A DNA stretch of 25,769 bases, from assembly GCF_004010195.1 (NCBI RefSeq), contig NC_057752.1, positions 11,846,298 through 11,872,066 on the forward strand, read 5' to 3'. Shown piece after piece: positions 1-11,579 of the stretch; position 1 is the stretch's first letter; every line of letters begins with the position of its first letter. Source of the stretch: Chiloscyllium plagiosum (taxonomy: Eukaryota). The notes below the pieces were generated by a model. It was not told the DNA's origin. It did not search any database and worked only from the letters and a program-made list of their open reading frames with translations. The translations under genes were made by a program, and so were the position numbers.

Positions 1-1941
1 TTTCTTTACAATCAGCAGTTTACCTGCTAAATAATTCTGCCTTTAGCCCTGGTCCATTGTATAGTGTGGTAATATTGTCAAGTTGGGCTGTGGCTAAGCC
101 AAAAGTTTGAAATTCCAAGTTCTATCTTTATGAGACACCATACTTCAAGACTCTGTCTTCCATTTTAATTCAGAAGGTTCCAAAATCATTGTGTTCGAAT
201 GTGCGATTAGGAGTAAGGCAAAGCAGAAGAAAGGCTGACCCAGTGAGAATTGGCCCAGGACAGGAAGATGTGCAAGTGAGCCCACGACAGGAGCTTTAAA
301 TCTGATGTCAACCCCTGTGAGAAGGTGGTTTTTGGCATAAAGGCACCTCGTTCCAGTCCTGTTTTCAAGCCTTTTCTGACTTTGGGAAAGAGCTGGACTT
401 AATTTGCTATTGATAAGTTTAACATTAGTGTTTCACTTTCAGTTAAATCATGTCAGTAGCAAGAGTTCTAGCCTGTTAGACCTGGCAGATGATGGTGTTT
501 CTTAGTGGTATCTGCTTATTTGTTTTCACGTTTCCTCCTCCTAAGGATGAAGCAAACCTTAAAATGGGATTGTCTTGTTGGGACTTCACCCAAAAGCAGC
601 CTGTGGGGGAGATTTGCCTGGGCCTTCACCGAGATATTGCACCTGAGAGCACTGACCTCTGGACAGTCAGTAAGCTGGCTGAGAGCAGAGAGCCAGGAAA
701 TCTCCCCTCCTATTTTAGTTTTTTTTTTAATCCAGACATCTTTAGTAACCAATCTCACTGAAAATGGTAATATTTCAAATAATGGAGAACACATCAAAGT
801 TGCTGATGTCGCAATGATTCTTTGTGTCCTAAGTATTGTGTTGGTTAATAAGGGTTGGTATGTCTTGTAGCTGATCGAATTAGTGATAGTTATCATGATG
901 AGATTTGCAATTTCTAAATGAAGTCGGAGGCCAATTATATTATTTGATGGGCTGTGTATGGCTTTCTGGTCCAGACACCATTTCATTGATTGCTGTGTGT
1001 AGAGCTGGGTCCCAAGGGATTCTATACTGCTGTCAAGAAAGTAAACTCTCTAATGAATTTGTTTAGGAGAGAAATCTAAGTAAAAGCTCATACATGATTC
1101 AATGCAGTTTTTATGTTGTAAGTAAAATGCAGTGCTTTACACAAAGTTTTGAGTTTTTCACTCCCCTATTCATTTGGACATTTGGGTCCCTTTTTTTAAA
1201 ATGTTGATAGTTTAGATACCAAGAAGCAGGTAGTCATATTGTCCTGCCCCATAACCCCGCAGAATAGCAAAATTGTTGCACGGTCCAAATATATAATTTT
1301 TCCACTCATGACATTGGGAAGATTTAAGGATTTAACCTCCTATTGTTTAACCCAGAAATGTATCAAGCTTAAAATTTTCTTTCTTGTGAGTTTATTTCTC
1401 AAACAAGAATTCAAAGTTTTAATATTGTAATGGGATTGTTTCGTAAATCCTACTTAATGGGGTTATTAACAGTGACATGATTGTTATTGGGTTGTAGATA
1501 CAGAAATGCATCCTGCTGTCTTGATCCCAAACAGACACACATCCCTAGACACAGATGGATGCACATTGATGTGCACACTGGCACACCCATTTGCAGGCAC
1601 AAATATGTGTATGCAGACTCTTTAAAATGAATGATCATTTTAGGTTAGAGGATTGCTTGCTGACTAGCCACAGTTCAAATGTACAGTTACCATAGATCAC
1701 AGTGTACAAGTCAACCTTTGAAGCCTCTCATTCTTTCCAAAAATGGTGCTGACTTATATGTCGAGCATAAAATGTGAACAGCTGATGTTTGGTGCAGATG
1801 ATATCATTTTAAAATGAGAAAAACATTGACGTGTTTTATTGATTTAATTACTTCCACTTCAACCACATTCAATGATTTTTTAAAATGTTAAATTGATTGT
1901 CTTCTGCAAAGAGATCATCATTTTGATCCAAATCACTTCGG

Positions 1942-2650
1942 CTATGGCTTCACCAGAAGGATCCTCCTCTGGAAAAGTTTAGTGCTTTCAGTTTTTGAAT
2001 CATCTCTGCACCAGAATTCATTTTCCTCTCCACCCATTGAATTGCATATTCTGCAATGTTTGAAAGATCTGATGATAGTTTGTGCATTAATAGCATCCCA
2101 CAATTTGTTTGCAAACATCATTTGGGATAACATGCATATTTCCACTCTTTGTGGAGATTTCTTTTTCTCCATCCATGCATCCACTTATTCCATTTGCAAA
2201 AACATGATTCTTCACTGGCTTGTTGATGCGCACGTCCAAAGGTTGGACTCCACACATTCCACCCACAGTATAATTACAACCTTGGTGTTAATTCCTCACA
2301 GATGCCTCTTAACGTTATTGGATTTATGCCATCTGAGCACATTCTGCAGCAAAAAGCTGTATAATTTATATAGGCTATCAGGATCTATGCTCCAATCTTA
2401 TGAAACCATAGCTCCATTTCATCTGACCAGAGTCACGGGCATGCACAGAAATTCCTGCAGGAACTTGATTTTGGTATGCTTTTCATTTGAAAGTTACCAT
2501 AGCCTCTAATTTTATTCCATTTGCCATGCAGGCTGGTACTACCATGAATCATTCTCATGTCTTGTGGGTTTTACTAGAACTGTTTTTGCACCATCCTATT
2601 CAATAGTTCAGTTGTTGGGCATATCACAATGCGTGAACATTTCATCCATG
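1942..2650 (-). pseudogene. Disrupted pogo DDE_1 transposase remnant
   Basis: Minus-strand fragments: MDEMFTHCDMPNN*TIE*DGAKTVLVKPTRHE (~2649-2555), VVPACMANGIKLEAMVTFK* (~2540-2480), VQPLDVRINKPVKNH (~2248-2204) and WDAINAQTIIRSFKHCRICNSMGGEENE. These match the pogo MDETP / LACxADGxKL / QPLDV..NKP / W..I....I..SF..CGI motifs. Stops and frameshifts are present. Confidence 0.85.
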
Positions 2651-2869
2651 ACCTAATGGTTTTACATGTTTTTGCTGCTGTCTGATGATGAAACTGGTTG
2701 TTTTTGCATCAAGGCCTTTTGATTATCTCTGAGCAATCTTGGTCTGCTACCACAAGATTAGACATTTTTATTTCATGAAGTGGTTACACCAGCTGTTGCT
2801 CTGAATCTTTGCTGGGTTGTGTTTGATTTGGTCTTTGCTGGACTCAGTTTGATTTAAGCGCATGCCAAC

Positions 2870-3012
2870 AACATTGATTCAATTTCTGCACTCACTGAGG
2901 TTACTTCTCAATCTCTCCCCTCGCCTCAGATGTGGTGACCCTCAGATTAAACCATCACCAGTCATATCTCTTGAATGAGAGAGTAGCCCTATGGTCTGGT
3001 AAGACTATAGCA
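2870..3012 (+). mobile_element. SINE/LINE-tail fragment nested in the pogo element
   Basis: Sequence ...cctcagattaaaccatcaccagtcatatctcttgaatgagagagtagccctatggtctggtaagactatag resembles a common shark interspersed repeat 3' end (recognition only) and interrupts the transposase region. Confidence 0.45.
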
Positions 3013-6000
3013 CCTGCATTTCTGGTGATGACCTAGCCATTCTTAGAACTCAAGGGACTGTTTTGATACATGCTTCTCCACACCAGACCATTGGCTGGTC
3101 CCCACTCTCAGGTGTGTTTAGTCTTGGACATCTCCCTCAGGGCGGATTACTCCTGCTTCCAGACTTGCACCAGTTTTTTTCACTTCGCAAACTCTGACAT
3201 TACAGCATAGTTAATCGACAAGTTAGCAAATTTTTACTAGAAGACCCATTTCTGTTCTTCAGTCACCATGTGTGTCTATTCTTTGTGTGCATGCTTTCAA
3301 CTTCAATTATTTCATCATGGTGACAGTCTATGCCAACTGCTTGATCCCATGTGTTGACTTATGAAGTGAAAAATAAAGACCAACTCCTAATGCGAGTACA
3401 ATTCTTAGTAGAAAAGTGGATCAGCTTGAATGCCAAGTCTAGGCCTAAACATGTATTTGGCTCTGGGAAAATGGGGTTGTCTTCTACTCTGTGATCTATA
3501 GTACTTGAAATTCATTAAATTCTTAATGTTACAATTGAACTGCTACAATAGCTGCATCATATCAATACTGTCTAGACTTTGCTAAAGTCAACGTTATGAT
3601 TCAAGTGGTTAACATAGTGGACAACAGCTACTTGTACACTATAACCTGGAATTTGAAACACCAGCCTTAGTGAGTAGCCAGTAGTTGCTTAGGTGCTAGA
3701 TGAGGAACAGACATTACCTGAGGAATCAGCTCCTCATTATGCTGAGGAAATGAGTGGATAAAGCATGTGTCTAATCTTTGTTTCTGGGAGAATTGAGCCT
3801 TCTCTGTATAATGTTTTATTGGGGCAAATAGTAGCTGTTCTGGATAGTCACTAATATTAATGCTGTCATTGCTAAAGTAGTGCCAATAGTTTGTTTAATG
3901 AAAGGCCTCATGTCTTCCATCTGTTCTTAATCCTGAAATTCCATTTGAAGGCATAAAAGAAAATATTGGATGATACCGTAATGTTTGTTTGCCTTTTAAT
4001 GGGGAATGCTGGGACTACCAGTAGGTTGACAGAGAGGAGGATGACTATATTAGGGGTTGATGAAAACCATCTTCAGTGACTGCTTGTCAAAGAAGAATGT
4101 CGAGATTTTTCTTGATGTTTTAAGCTGCCCACTTAGCAATACGTTTAAACTCCTAGCCAGCTTCTCATATTCTTCTTATGCCTTCTGAATAATTCCTGCA
4201 AACATTAGAAAATACTTCATTGAAATTACTGGAATTTTTCTTTTTTTGCAATGAAAAGGAGAGCCAAGCTCTGCCAATTTTGAGCTCTCTGCTTTGTCAC
4301 TGAAGGGAATAGCAACCTGACAGAATCAGCGTACAAATTGAGATTAAATTAACAGGTAATGGAACACGTCATTTTTGCTTATAATGCATCAAGATAGTCT
4401 TATTCTTTTGTTTATACTCATTTTTTTTTCCAATTCTGGGAAACACCAGCTGATGGTGATCTGCCCTTCAGTGCCAAATCCTGCATGTTTTCATATTCAT
4501 CTGATCCTCCCACCAATTTAATGTGCAGGGTGACAAATAGCTGAATCGTGTACATGGCTCCACAAACATTGTCAATGCCAGTGTACAGGCTATGTATAGT
4601 GAAGTTACCCATTCTCATTCAGAAGGCAGGTACTGTGCCAGTGCTATGTGCTCCCTGCAGTGGCAGTGATCATTTCTGGATATAAGGGCCAATACATCCA
4701 ACCTAGTATGAGCAGAGCAGTGGAACGGTTTGTGTGCTTCATTCAGTTGGGTGTGATTTGAGCTTTTACCACCAGGCTAAGAACAGTTGCAAATGAATTG
4801 ACACCAGCTTGATGTTCTTTTCTGTCAATTGAAATGAGGCAAGTGTAAAACTGGGTGCTGAATCACCTAACCCTATCCTTCCAGCCTGTCTTTGGTTAGA
4901 CAGTAAAATGCTCTTGTCCCTAAATTCAGCTACTTCATTTTTACCAAGTTGGTGTAAAAGTGTTGTCCTGTAAGGATTAGATGACTTAATAAGGATGGTT
5001 TTTAACTATCAGCGGAAAATCTATTCCTGCCTGGAAGGTGAGACCTTGCCTCCATTCAAATAGGAGAGCACTCGGGCCTGCCCTGAGCAAAACTGGATAT
5101 ACCAGCTTATTGTATCCAGAAATTACAATCATTGTCTAATAGCTGCTACAGGAGCTGAACTGCACCATTGAACAAGGTCCTGAATATTCAGTCAAGCATA
5201 AAGGACAAAATGGTGATCAGGATTGGAGCACACATGGAATGGGAAGTGCCACACTTTGAAATCGAAGCCCAGACAGTCTCACTGGCTGCATGGAGTTCAA
5301 ATTGGCCCTGATAATCTGATAAATATGGCAGGTGTTATGAATGAGGGAATTGCATGGCTTGAGGGCGGGAGGTCAATGTATACTTTTTCCTTAAAATGTG
5401 GCTTTTTATTGCATATTTGCTCATTTGTGTTAATATTTTCTTATTTTAAGTTGGGAATGCCTAGCTGTGTACTATGCTGGTGACATACATCTGTGCTGTA
5501 CATTCCCTGTTCTCAGCACACTAAACATTAGATTTTTAAATAGAGTTTGAAGCTTATTTTTGAAACAAGCCAGTGTTTTTGATTGCTCAGATGAATTATT
5601 ACTGCCATGGAATCATCCAGACTCACTCCCATTTCATCACACTAGAAGCTTCCAGTGACATTCAAATAATTCATGATACGTTCTGAAAATTGCAGTATTA
5701 CCTGAAAATGTTGTCAGTCTTTCCTGAAATTCATTTCAATGGAGCATGAAGGAATCCATTTTTTTAAACCATGAAAATAAATGAACTGAAAATTCTAGTG
5801 GCTTATCATATGTGCATGAGTATATCTGTTACAATAATTAGGTCTTCCTATCACTGATTTAATGGGTAGTAAGGTATGACCTTTGTGAAACTTACCTTCT
5901 GGCTCATATTGTCCCAAGAAAGTTTGATTTATTTTCATGTGATACAACAGTCAGCTGTTCATGCAGAGTATCTTAAAAGTAAAACAAATTCTCGGCAATC

Positions 6001-6121
6001 CTTTAAAAATGGACTGTTCTTTTTACAAATTGATATTTCAATTGTAGTGTTTTGTCAAAATGTATTTAGTCTGTAACTCTGTAGTCTATATAGCTTTCGC
6101 TATTATGGGAAACTGCTAAGA

Positions 6122-6127
6122 AATAAA
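6122..6127 (+). terminator. Putative polyadenylation signal of a convergent plus-strand gene
   Basis: AATAAA preceded by three TGTA motifs (6061-6085) and followed by T/GT-rich sequence (6160-6210). A second AATAAA lies at 5776-5781. Confidence 0.5.
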
Positions 6128-6841
6128 TTGTACTTACTAAATATCAGAGAAGTACTATAATTATTTTCTGGTCTGTCAAGTTTCAAGTTGGACCTTTTAT
6201 TGTTTTTCTTCACTTGCTATCCCAACATTTACTGTAGCTTCTGGCCAGACTTTCACTGCAGCTGGAAAGCTTTGCCAAGCTTGTTTTTGTTTTGAGGATT
6301 TTAGTTCGATTGTATCCATCCGTCTCACCATCCCATTCCTATATTCTGACTTGTTGCAAAGATTTATTTCCTGTATTTAAAGCAAACTTGGTCATTACCA
6401 ACCTTGCTTCAAAATAGTAACTATTACCACATGAGAGCGACTGACTTTTTTTTACTTACATAAACAAACAATAAGTAGTAAAATGAAAAGACAATATGCC
6501 AAACTTCCTATGTCAAGGGAGCCCGGAGGGGAAGAAAAGGTTGCTGCAAAGTTTAATGGAAGTTTTGTGATTTTTTAGTTAAACATGTTTAATTGATAAA
6601 GTTACTTCTCATTCTAGCACAGTTTTTGTGGAAATTAATGATGATCTGTGAGGACCACCAGCTTTTGGAAATTTGCCTTACTGAGACAAAATCTGTGGAA
6701 TTTTAATCTTTGTGTCAAAACTGAAGTTGTTTGAAGCCTCGTGTCACTATTGATGTCTCAATATCACGTGACATTCTAATTAGTAAATTTCTACAAAATT
6801 ACAAGCATAAATTGAAGTAAACAGTCAGCTCATAAAATACA

Positions 6842-7013
6842 GGAAACAAAAACAATGTGCTGAAGAAACGCAGTAGGTCTGGCGAGTTCAGTGACAGTTC
6901 TGACAGAGGGTCACTGCAGTTGAAATGTCACCTGTTTTTGTCTCTACAGATGTTGTCAGACTATCCACTTTTTTTGTTTCAGAACTTCAGCATCTGCAGT
7001 TATTTGCATTTAG
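6842..7013 (+). mobile_element. Old Penelope-like fold-back insertion with degenerate hammerhead core
   Basis: Flanked by the 12-bp direct repeat TCATAAAATACA (6830-6841, 7014-7025). Contains CTGACAGAGGGTCACTGCAGTTGAAATGTC (6900-6929) and the tail cagcatctgcag shared with the 18047 element. Confidence 0.65.
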
Positions 7014-7102
7014 TCATAAAATACAAGTCTTGATTTACAGGGCATCGATTATGACATTTTTCTTTAGAATAACATTGTAAAAGGTCAAATTATGAGAGAA
7101 TG

Positions 7103-7865
7103 GAATCAAGTAGAGTAGCTTTTATTTATCATTTCTCCCCATATACAACTGATACAGTAAAAAATGAGTGTGTTCCTCCAGGACCAAGGTACTATACGCA
7201 AACTATACACTTATGCACATTATGCTGCCCTTTGTATAAGAAGTGCAAAACACGCAAATTATAATGTAACAAAAGAATGAACATTAGTAGACATTGTTCG
7301 AGCAGCAATTCAAAGTTTGTGCAAAGAATTTCAGGTGGAAAAGAGTCTGATCGTATAGTGTAAAGTCGCCTGATGGCTTGGGGGAAAAAACAGTCTGGCC
7401 GTGAGACCGAATGCTCCAGTATCTTCTGTCAGATGGCAGGAGGGAGAAGATTTTCAGTGAGGGGTGTGTGGGGTCTTCTACAATGCTGTTAGCCTTTCAG
7501 ATGCAGCGTGTGGTGTAAACGTCTGTAATGGAGGGAAGAGAGACTCTGATGATCCTTTCAGCTGTCCTCGCTATCCGTCTTAGTGCAATTCCTGAACCAA
7601 GCAGTGATGCAGCAGCTCAGGGTACTTTCAATGAACCCTTGCAGAATGTGGTGAGGATGGGTGAAATGGGAGGTGGGTGTTCCTCAGCCTCCATAGAAAG
7701 TAGACATTGCTGGGATTTCTCAGCTATGGAGCTGGTGTTGAGGGTCTTAGTGAGATTCTCTGCCAGGTGGACGCCAAGATATTTGGGGCTCTTCACAATC
7801 TCCATGCAAGCCATTGATGTCCAGCAGAGCGTGGTCACTCCATGCCCTCCTGAAGTCAACAATCA
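7103..7865 (-). mobile_element. Rex/Babar-like LINE 3' fragment
   Basis: ORF 7617-7862(-) reads KSPKYLGVHLAENLTKTLNTSSIAEKSQQCL...PPP..ILTTFCKG, matching the post-RT region of Rex1-type ORF2 (KFLGVHI..DL.W..N....KKAQQRL). The 3'-tail-like end is near 7103-7190. Confidence 0.75.
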
Positions 7866-7894
7866 TCTATTACTTGTAGGCTGTCTTTACGAAA

Positions 7895-8170
7895 GTAGTT
7901 ATCATGTGCTGTCTGATTCCAGGCATCTTAAAGTACTTTACAGCCAACTAAGTGCTTTTGAAGAATAGTTTTTTTAAAAATATGCAGTGAGATAAAGACC
8001 AAGTATTCCAATAATTTGAGAATTAAATATTTATAGGACACGAGGGAGAATATATCTACTGTTCACAGAAAAGTGCCACAAAGGGCTGACAGGACCTCTG
8101 TTTAATGACTCAAGCTCAGTACTGTAGCATCAGTGTGGATTGTGATACACCAGTGGTATTCTGAATCAGA
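7895..8170 (-). mobile_element. Degenerate DeuSINE (SacSINE1/AmnSINE-like) fragment
   Basis: aaagtactttacagccaactaagtgcttttgaag is a degenerate reverse complement of the Deu-type 3' region seen at 24160-24192. Confidence 0.55.
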
Positions 8171-8280
8171 AGTGTGTACTAAGGCAGAGTTTAAAATGAA
8201 ACAAATTCTAAATGAGCAATAGTGAGCAAGTCATTAGCTTGAGATTGATGGAGGGCTATGGGGAAAAAGAGAGAGAGAGA

Positions 8281-8817
8281 GATTCATCAGTCAGGGCATT
8301 GAGTATAGAAGTTGGCATGTTGTAGTTATACAGGATGATGGTGAGGCTGCACTTGAGACTATTGTGTTCAGTTTTGGAGACCTTGTTATAGGCAAGATAT
8401 TCTTAAACAGTACAGAAGAAATTTACAAGGATGTTGCCTGGACCTGAGAGTTATAGGGAAGAGGTTGCACAAGCCAGGATTTTTTCCTTTACAAGTTAAC
8501 AGACTGAGGGGAAGAAGCTTAGATGATGATGAGCAAGGTTTAAGAGTAGAGGACATCTGTTTAAGGTTAGCAGGGAAAGAACAGAAGGGAACTGAAAGGG
8601 GCAATTTTCTTTTATAAACACATGAAATGAGTTCCCAGAAGTAGTTGAGGCAGGTGTATTAGCAACATTTGAAAGGCATTTGGATAAATACATGGACAGG
8701 AAAGGATTAGAAGGATATGGGCTAAGTGCAGGGAAATAGAGTTAGCATGGATGAACATTTTGCTTGGTGTGGACCAGTTTGGGCCACAGGGCCTGTCTCT
8801 GTGCTGTAGGACTCTAA
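8281..8817 (+). mobile_element. CR1 (HER1-like) LINE 3' fragment
   Basis: Degenerate LVRPHLEYCVQFW-coding segment (ggtgaggctgcacttgagactattgtgttcagttttgg) and 3' tail gggccacagggcctgtctctgtgctgtaggactcta. Confidence 0.8.
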
Positions 8818-9765
8818 TGCAGAGTTATGGCAAGAGCAGGGTAATGGAATTAGTTTGGGATTAGTTATACTGTGGGGAGAGGAGGCAGTGGGATTAGTTG
8901 GACATTTATAGATGGCAGTGGTGAATGAGCAGGGCTTACTTTGTGATTGATACAGGACTATGGGAAGAGAGGGGCTAAAAGGATTACAATGGGAATGATA
9001 CCAGGCAATGTAGAGAGAGTTAAAGATTGGTCCAGTCACCTGCCACACTCTCCATACTCAAACACCCCCTCTTTCCACACTCTGGGAAAAATGACTCCAA
9101 TTGTCCACACCTCCATCTTATACACTTTCCTATCAGAAAAGTTTAATGTATCTGCTCTTAGTCAAGATTCATTTTAATCCATGGGTTTTAAACTTTGTTG
9201 ATAAGGCACTTTATCAAGTGCCATGTTGAGTTTGTGTAAGGTAATAGACATTAACCTCATCATCCCCCCACCCCCACAGTTGGTTAAATATTGTTGTTAG
9301 CTTAGTTTCTGCCAGTCCTGCCAAGTATTTTTTTTTTAAAAAAGCCATTTGCTTGGCTTTCTTCCATGAATATAAACTTGTTCAAATGAGTACCAAATTT
9401 ATCCTAGATTTTTTTGAAAGTCATTTTTATTGAAATATATTAGCCAATGATACAGCACCTCTGCCCTCCAAGCACTCTGCTTCAATTATAGAAACCCAGA
9501 GCAGTAGAGTACGTATTTGTGTAGCACAAGACATGCCCCTTTTAGCAGGGCCTATAACTGAACAAAGCCATAAAAAGTCATCAACAGTTCAGGAAAAATG
9601 CTGTCTGGGAGTTATTAACTTCAAACAAGACAAGCGGAGTGTAGAGAATGTTGGCATTAAGAGGTTCTTAGAACAGCACAGACTGCCTCACTTTCTCTTA
9701 ACCCCAAATGGAATGGAGTGAAGTAATGAAATTCAAATGACCACACAGCAAGTTCATAGTGAGGT

Positions 9766-9771
9766 TTTATT
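9766..9771 (-). terminator. myl6: myl6 polyadenylation signal
   Basis: AATAAA on the minus strand ~400 nt after the exon 7 stop, with GT-rich TGCTGTGTGG ~15-25 nt downstream. Confidence 0.75.
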
Positions 9772-10167
9772 ATTTGAAAGCAATGAAATACAGAAAATTA
9801 GCGTGCATACACAATCAAAGCAGAAGCCAATGAACTGAGCTTCAGAGACATAAATCCTTCTTACTCCAAAATTGGCCTTCCTACAAGATTACTTCAGGGA
9901 AAGAAAGATTTTAGGGCCTCAATTAGAACCACTTGCTGCATTCATTCCTTCTGGAGGAGATGCAGAAGCCTGCAGTGTATCCAGGTTTAGCAGTTCACCC
10001 TCTTGCTACCTACTCAGCTCCCATCACCCTACAGATGGACTCAATGCATTGGATTCCCATTCTTGGGCCTGCACGTGTGTTGATAAATATAAACAGAAAA
10101 TTCTTTTAGAAAAGGAGACTAAGTAGGTTGAAAAAAAGGCACTTAAAAACGCAGGTACAGAGAGTTA

Positions 10168-10196
10168 TCAGCCGTTCATCACCATTCGGACCAGCT
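10168..10196 (-). CDS. myl6: myl6 exon 7 coding part, (E)LVRMVMNG*, used when exon 6 is skipped
   Basis: Acceptor tttcctcttacag|AGCTGGTCCGAATGGTGATGAACGGCTGA, phase 1. Homologous to the MYL6 ELVRMVLNG tail. Confidence 0.95.
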
Positions 10197-11009
10197 CTGT
10201 AAGAGGAAAGATAGAGGTTATATCATTCTGACATGACAAAAAGGAGAACTCAAGAAAGGTTCCGATTAAAGTTTTCAATTTTAGAATACACCAACTCAAT
10301 CCCACGAAAAAACTATATGCAAGAGCATGGTTTGCATATAAAATAGACAGCAAAGTGAGTCACATGCAAAGGTGTCATCCCAATTTACCATCACAAGTTA
10401 CTGAAAACCAAACTATTTCTCAAGGTAGTTATTATATTGGACTACCTACTCAAAACAAAAATTAGGTCATTGGCTCATATAGATGGTAATCGGAACCTTT
10501 CAGAACCCCTCTTTCATCCTCTCCTCCCCACCCCTGTAGAATTCTATTGAGCACAGTGGGTCCAGAAGTCAGTTTTCCAATTTACACTAACTACAGACAG
10601 GGAGCAGAAAAACAATGGTAGCTCAGTCAGGCTGGCAAAGCCTAGTCAGACAAAAGAATGCAGGCATGTCAACTCACAGCAACACATGAGATACCAAAGG
10701 AAGACCATTTGAGTCAAAGGATCCTACAATCAGCTGGCAGGAGTTCAAGCTCAAGTTTGTCATAATGTGCCATGAAAAAGGTTCTAACTCTTCAAATCAC
10801 TGGAAAAATGCTGAACAAAGGAAAATAGAGTCCTCCTAAAAAGGGGATCAGGAGCATCAGCTTTCACTTCTCAGAGAGAGGTGGTTAATGGGTGTCTAAT
10901 TCAAGTCATTTTGACTTGAAGATATTAGCATAAAAAAAAACACTTAAATCAAAATAGGAAAGTGATACATAGTAAGAGGCAAAAGTGGATTTTTATTTGT
11001 TTGAAGTGT

Positions 11010-11325
11010 TTGGATATTGTTGCCCATCCCTAATTGCTCTTGAACAGACTGCCTTCTGAAATGGCAGAGTCACATTTCCAAGAGTCTGAAGTCATATACA
11101 GGCCAGACCAGATACAATGGCACATGTCCATCTTTGAAGTGAACCTGATTTTTTAAATAAAAATTTGTTATGGTCAAAAATACAGGCTGGCTCAAAGTTC
11201 TAGATTTATTAACAGAACTTTAAATTCCACCAGCATCTGTAATGGAGTTTACTCATGCAGCCAGACCATAAGCTTGGATCTCTGGATCACTAGTCCTGTG
11301 AGGTTACCAATTTTCCACCATCTCA
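11010..11325 (-). mobile_element. Degenerate SINE in myl6 intron 6
   Basis: attgttgcccatccctaattgctcttgaac resembles the LINE tail at ~21945-21975. A tRNA-like head is present near 11230-11325. Confidence 0.5.
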
Positions 11326-11550
11326 CCCTAAATTAGACCATCTAGCCTGCATGAAGTGGTCACGATTAAAATGGTTTTCCTTTAGTTGGCAGAAATTCAA
11401 GTATAGTTGAGAACCCGAGACACTGCCCTCCCACCCCTCCAAGTCATACCTAGAACAAGCCACATGCAGAACATGCCAAAAAAAGAAAACAAGTTAAAAA
11501 TTGGCAGGGAAATAAAGGATGTGTCAATGTGGCATACCATGGCCTGCCAT

Positions 11551-11579
11551 TCACCCAGACATGATGTGCCTGACAAAAG
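11551..11579 (-). CDS. myl6: myl6 cassette exon 6 coding part, (A)FVRHIMSG* (whole exon 11538-11579, 42 nt)
   Basis: Acceptor tttttcttttttgacag|CTTTTGTCAGGCACATCATGTCTGGGTGAATGGCAGGCCATG|gtatgc. Homologous to the MYL6 AFVRHILSG exon. Not in the ORF track. Confidence 0.93.

Larger units (their letters stand above)
1690..3501 (-). mobile_element. Degenerate pogo-family (POGK-like, Tc1/mariner superfamily) DNA transposon with both TIRs
   Basis: 27-bp TIRs at 1690-1716 (CCATAGATCACAGTGTACAAGTCAACC) and 3475-3501 (rc CTATAGATCACAGAGTAGAAGACAACC), 23/27 identical, each flanked by TA (1688-89, 3502-03). Minus-strand transposase remnants lie inside. Confidence 0.88.

Noticed and set aside
283..332. 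SECIS-like stem (ACGA..AAA..TGAG)
   Set aside because: Lacks the 5' UGA of the quartet, helix II is short, and there is no selenoprotein evidence.
547..622. ATGA-N10-AAAA SECIS-like start
   Set aside because: No correctly placed 3' GA, and the apical region is too long.
489..986. Overlapping ORFs of 90-156 aa
   Set aside because: No recognisable homology or exon structure; consistent with chance ORFs in UTR/intron.
1982..2509. 175-aa plus-strand ORF
   Set aside because: Antisense shadow of the decayed pogo transposase.
7528..7968. 146-aa plus-strand ORF
   Set aside because: Antisense of the Rex/Babar-like LINE fragment.
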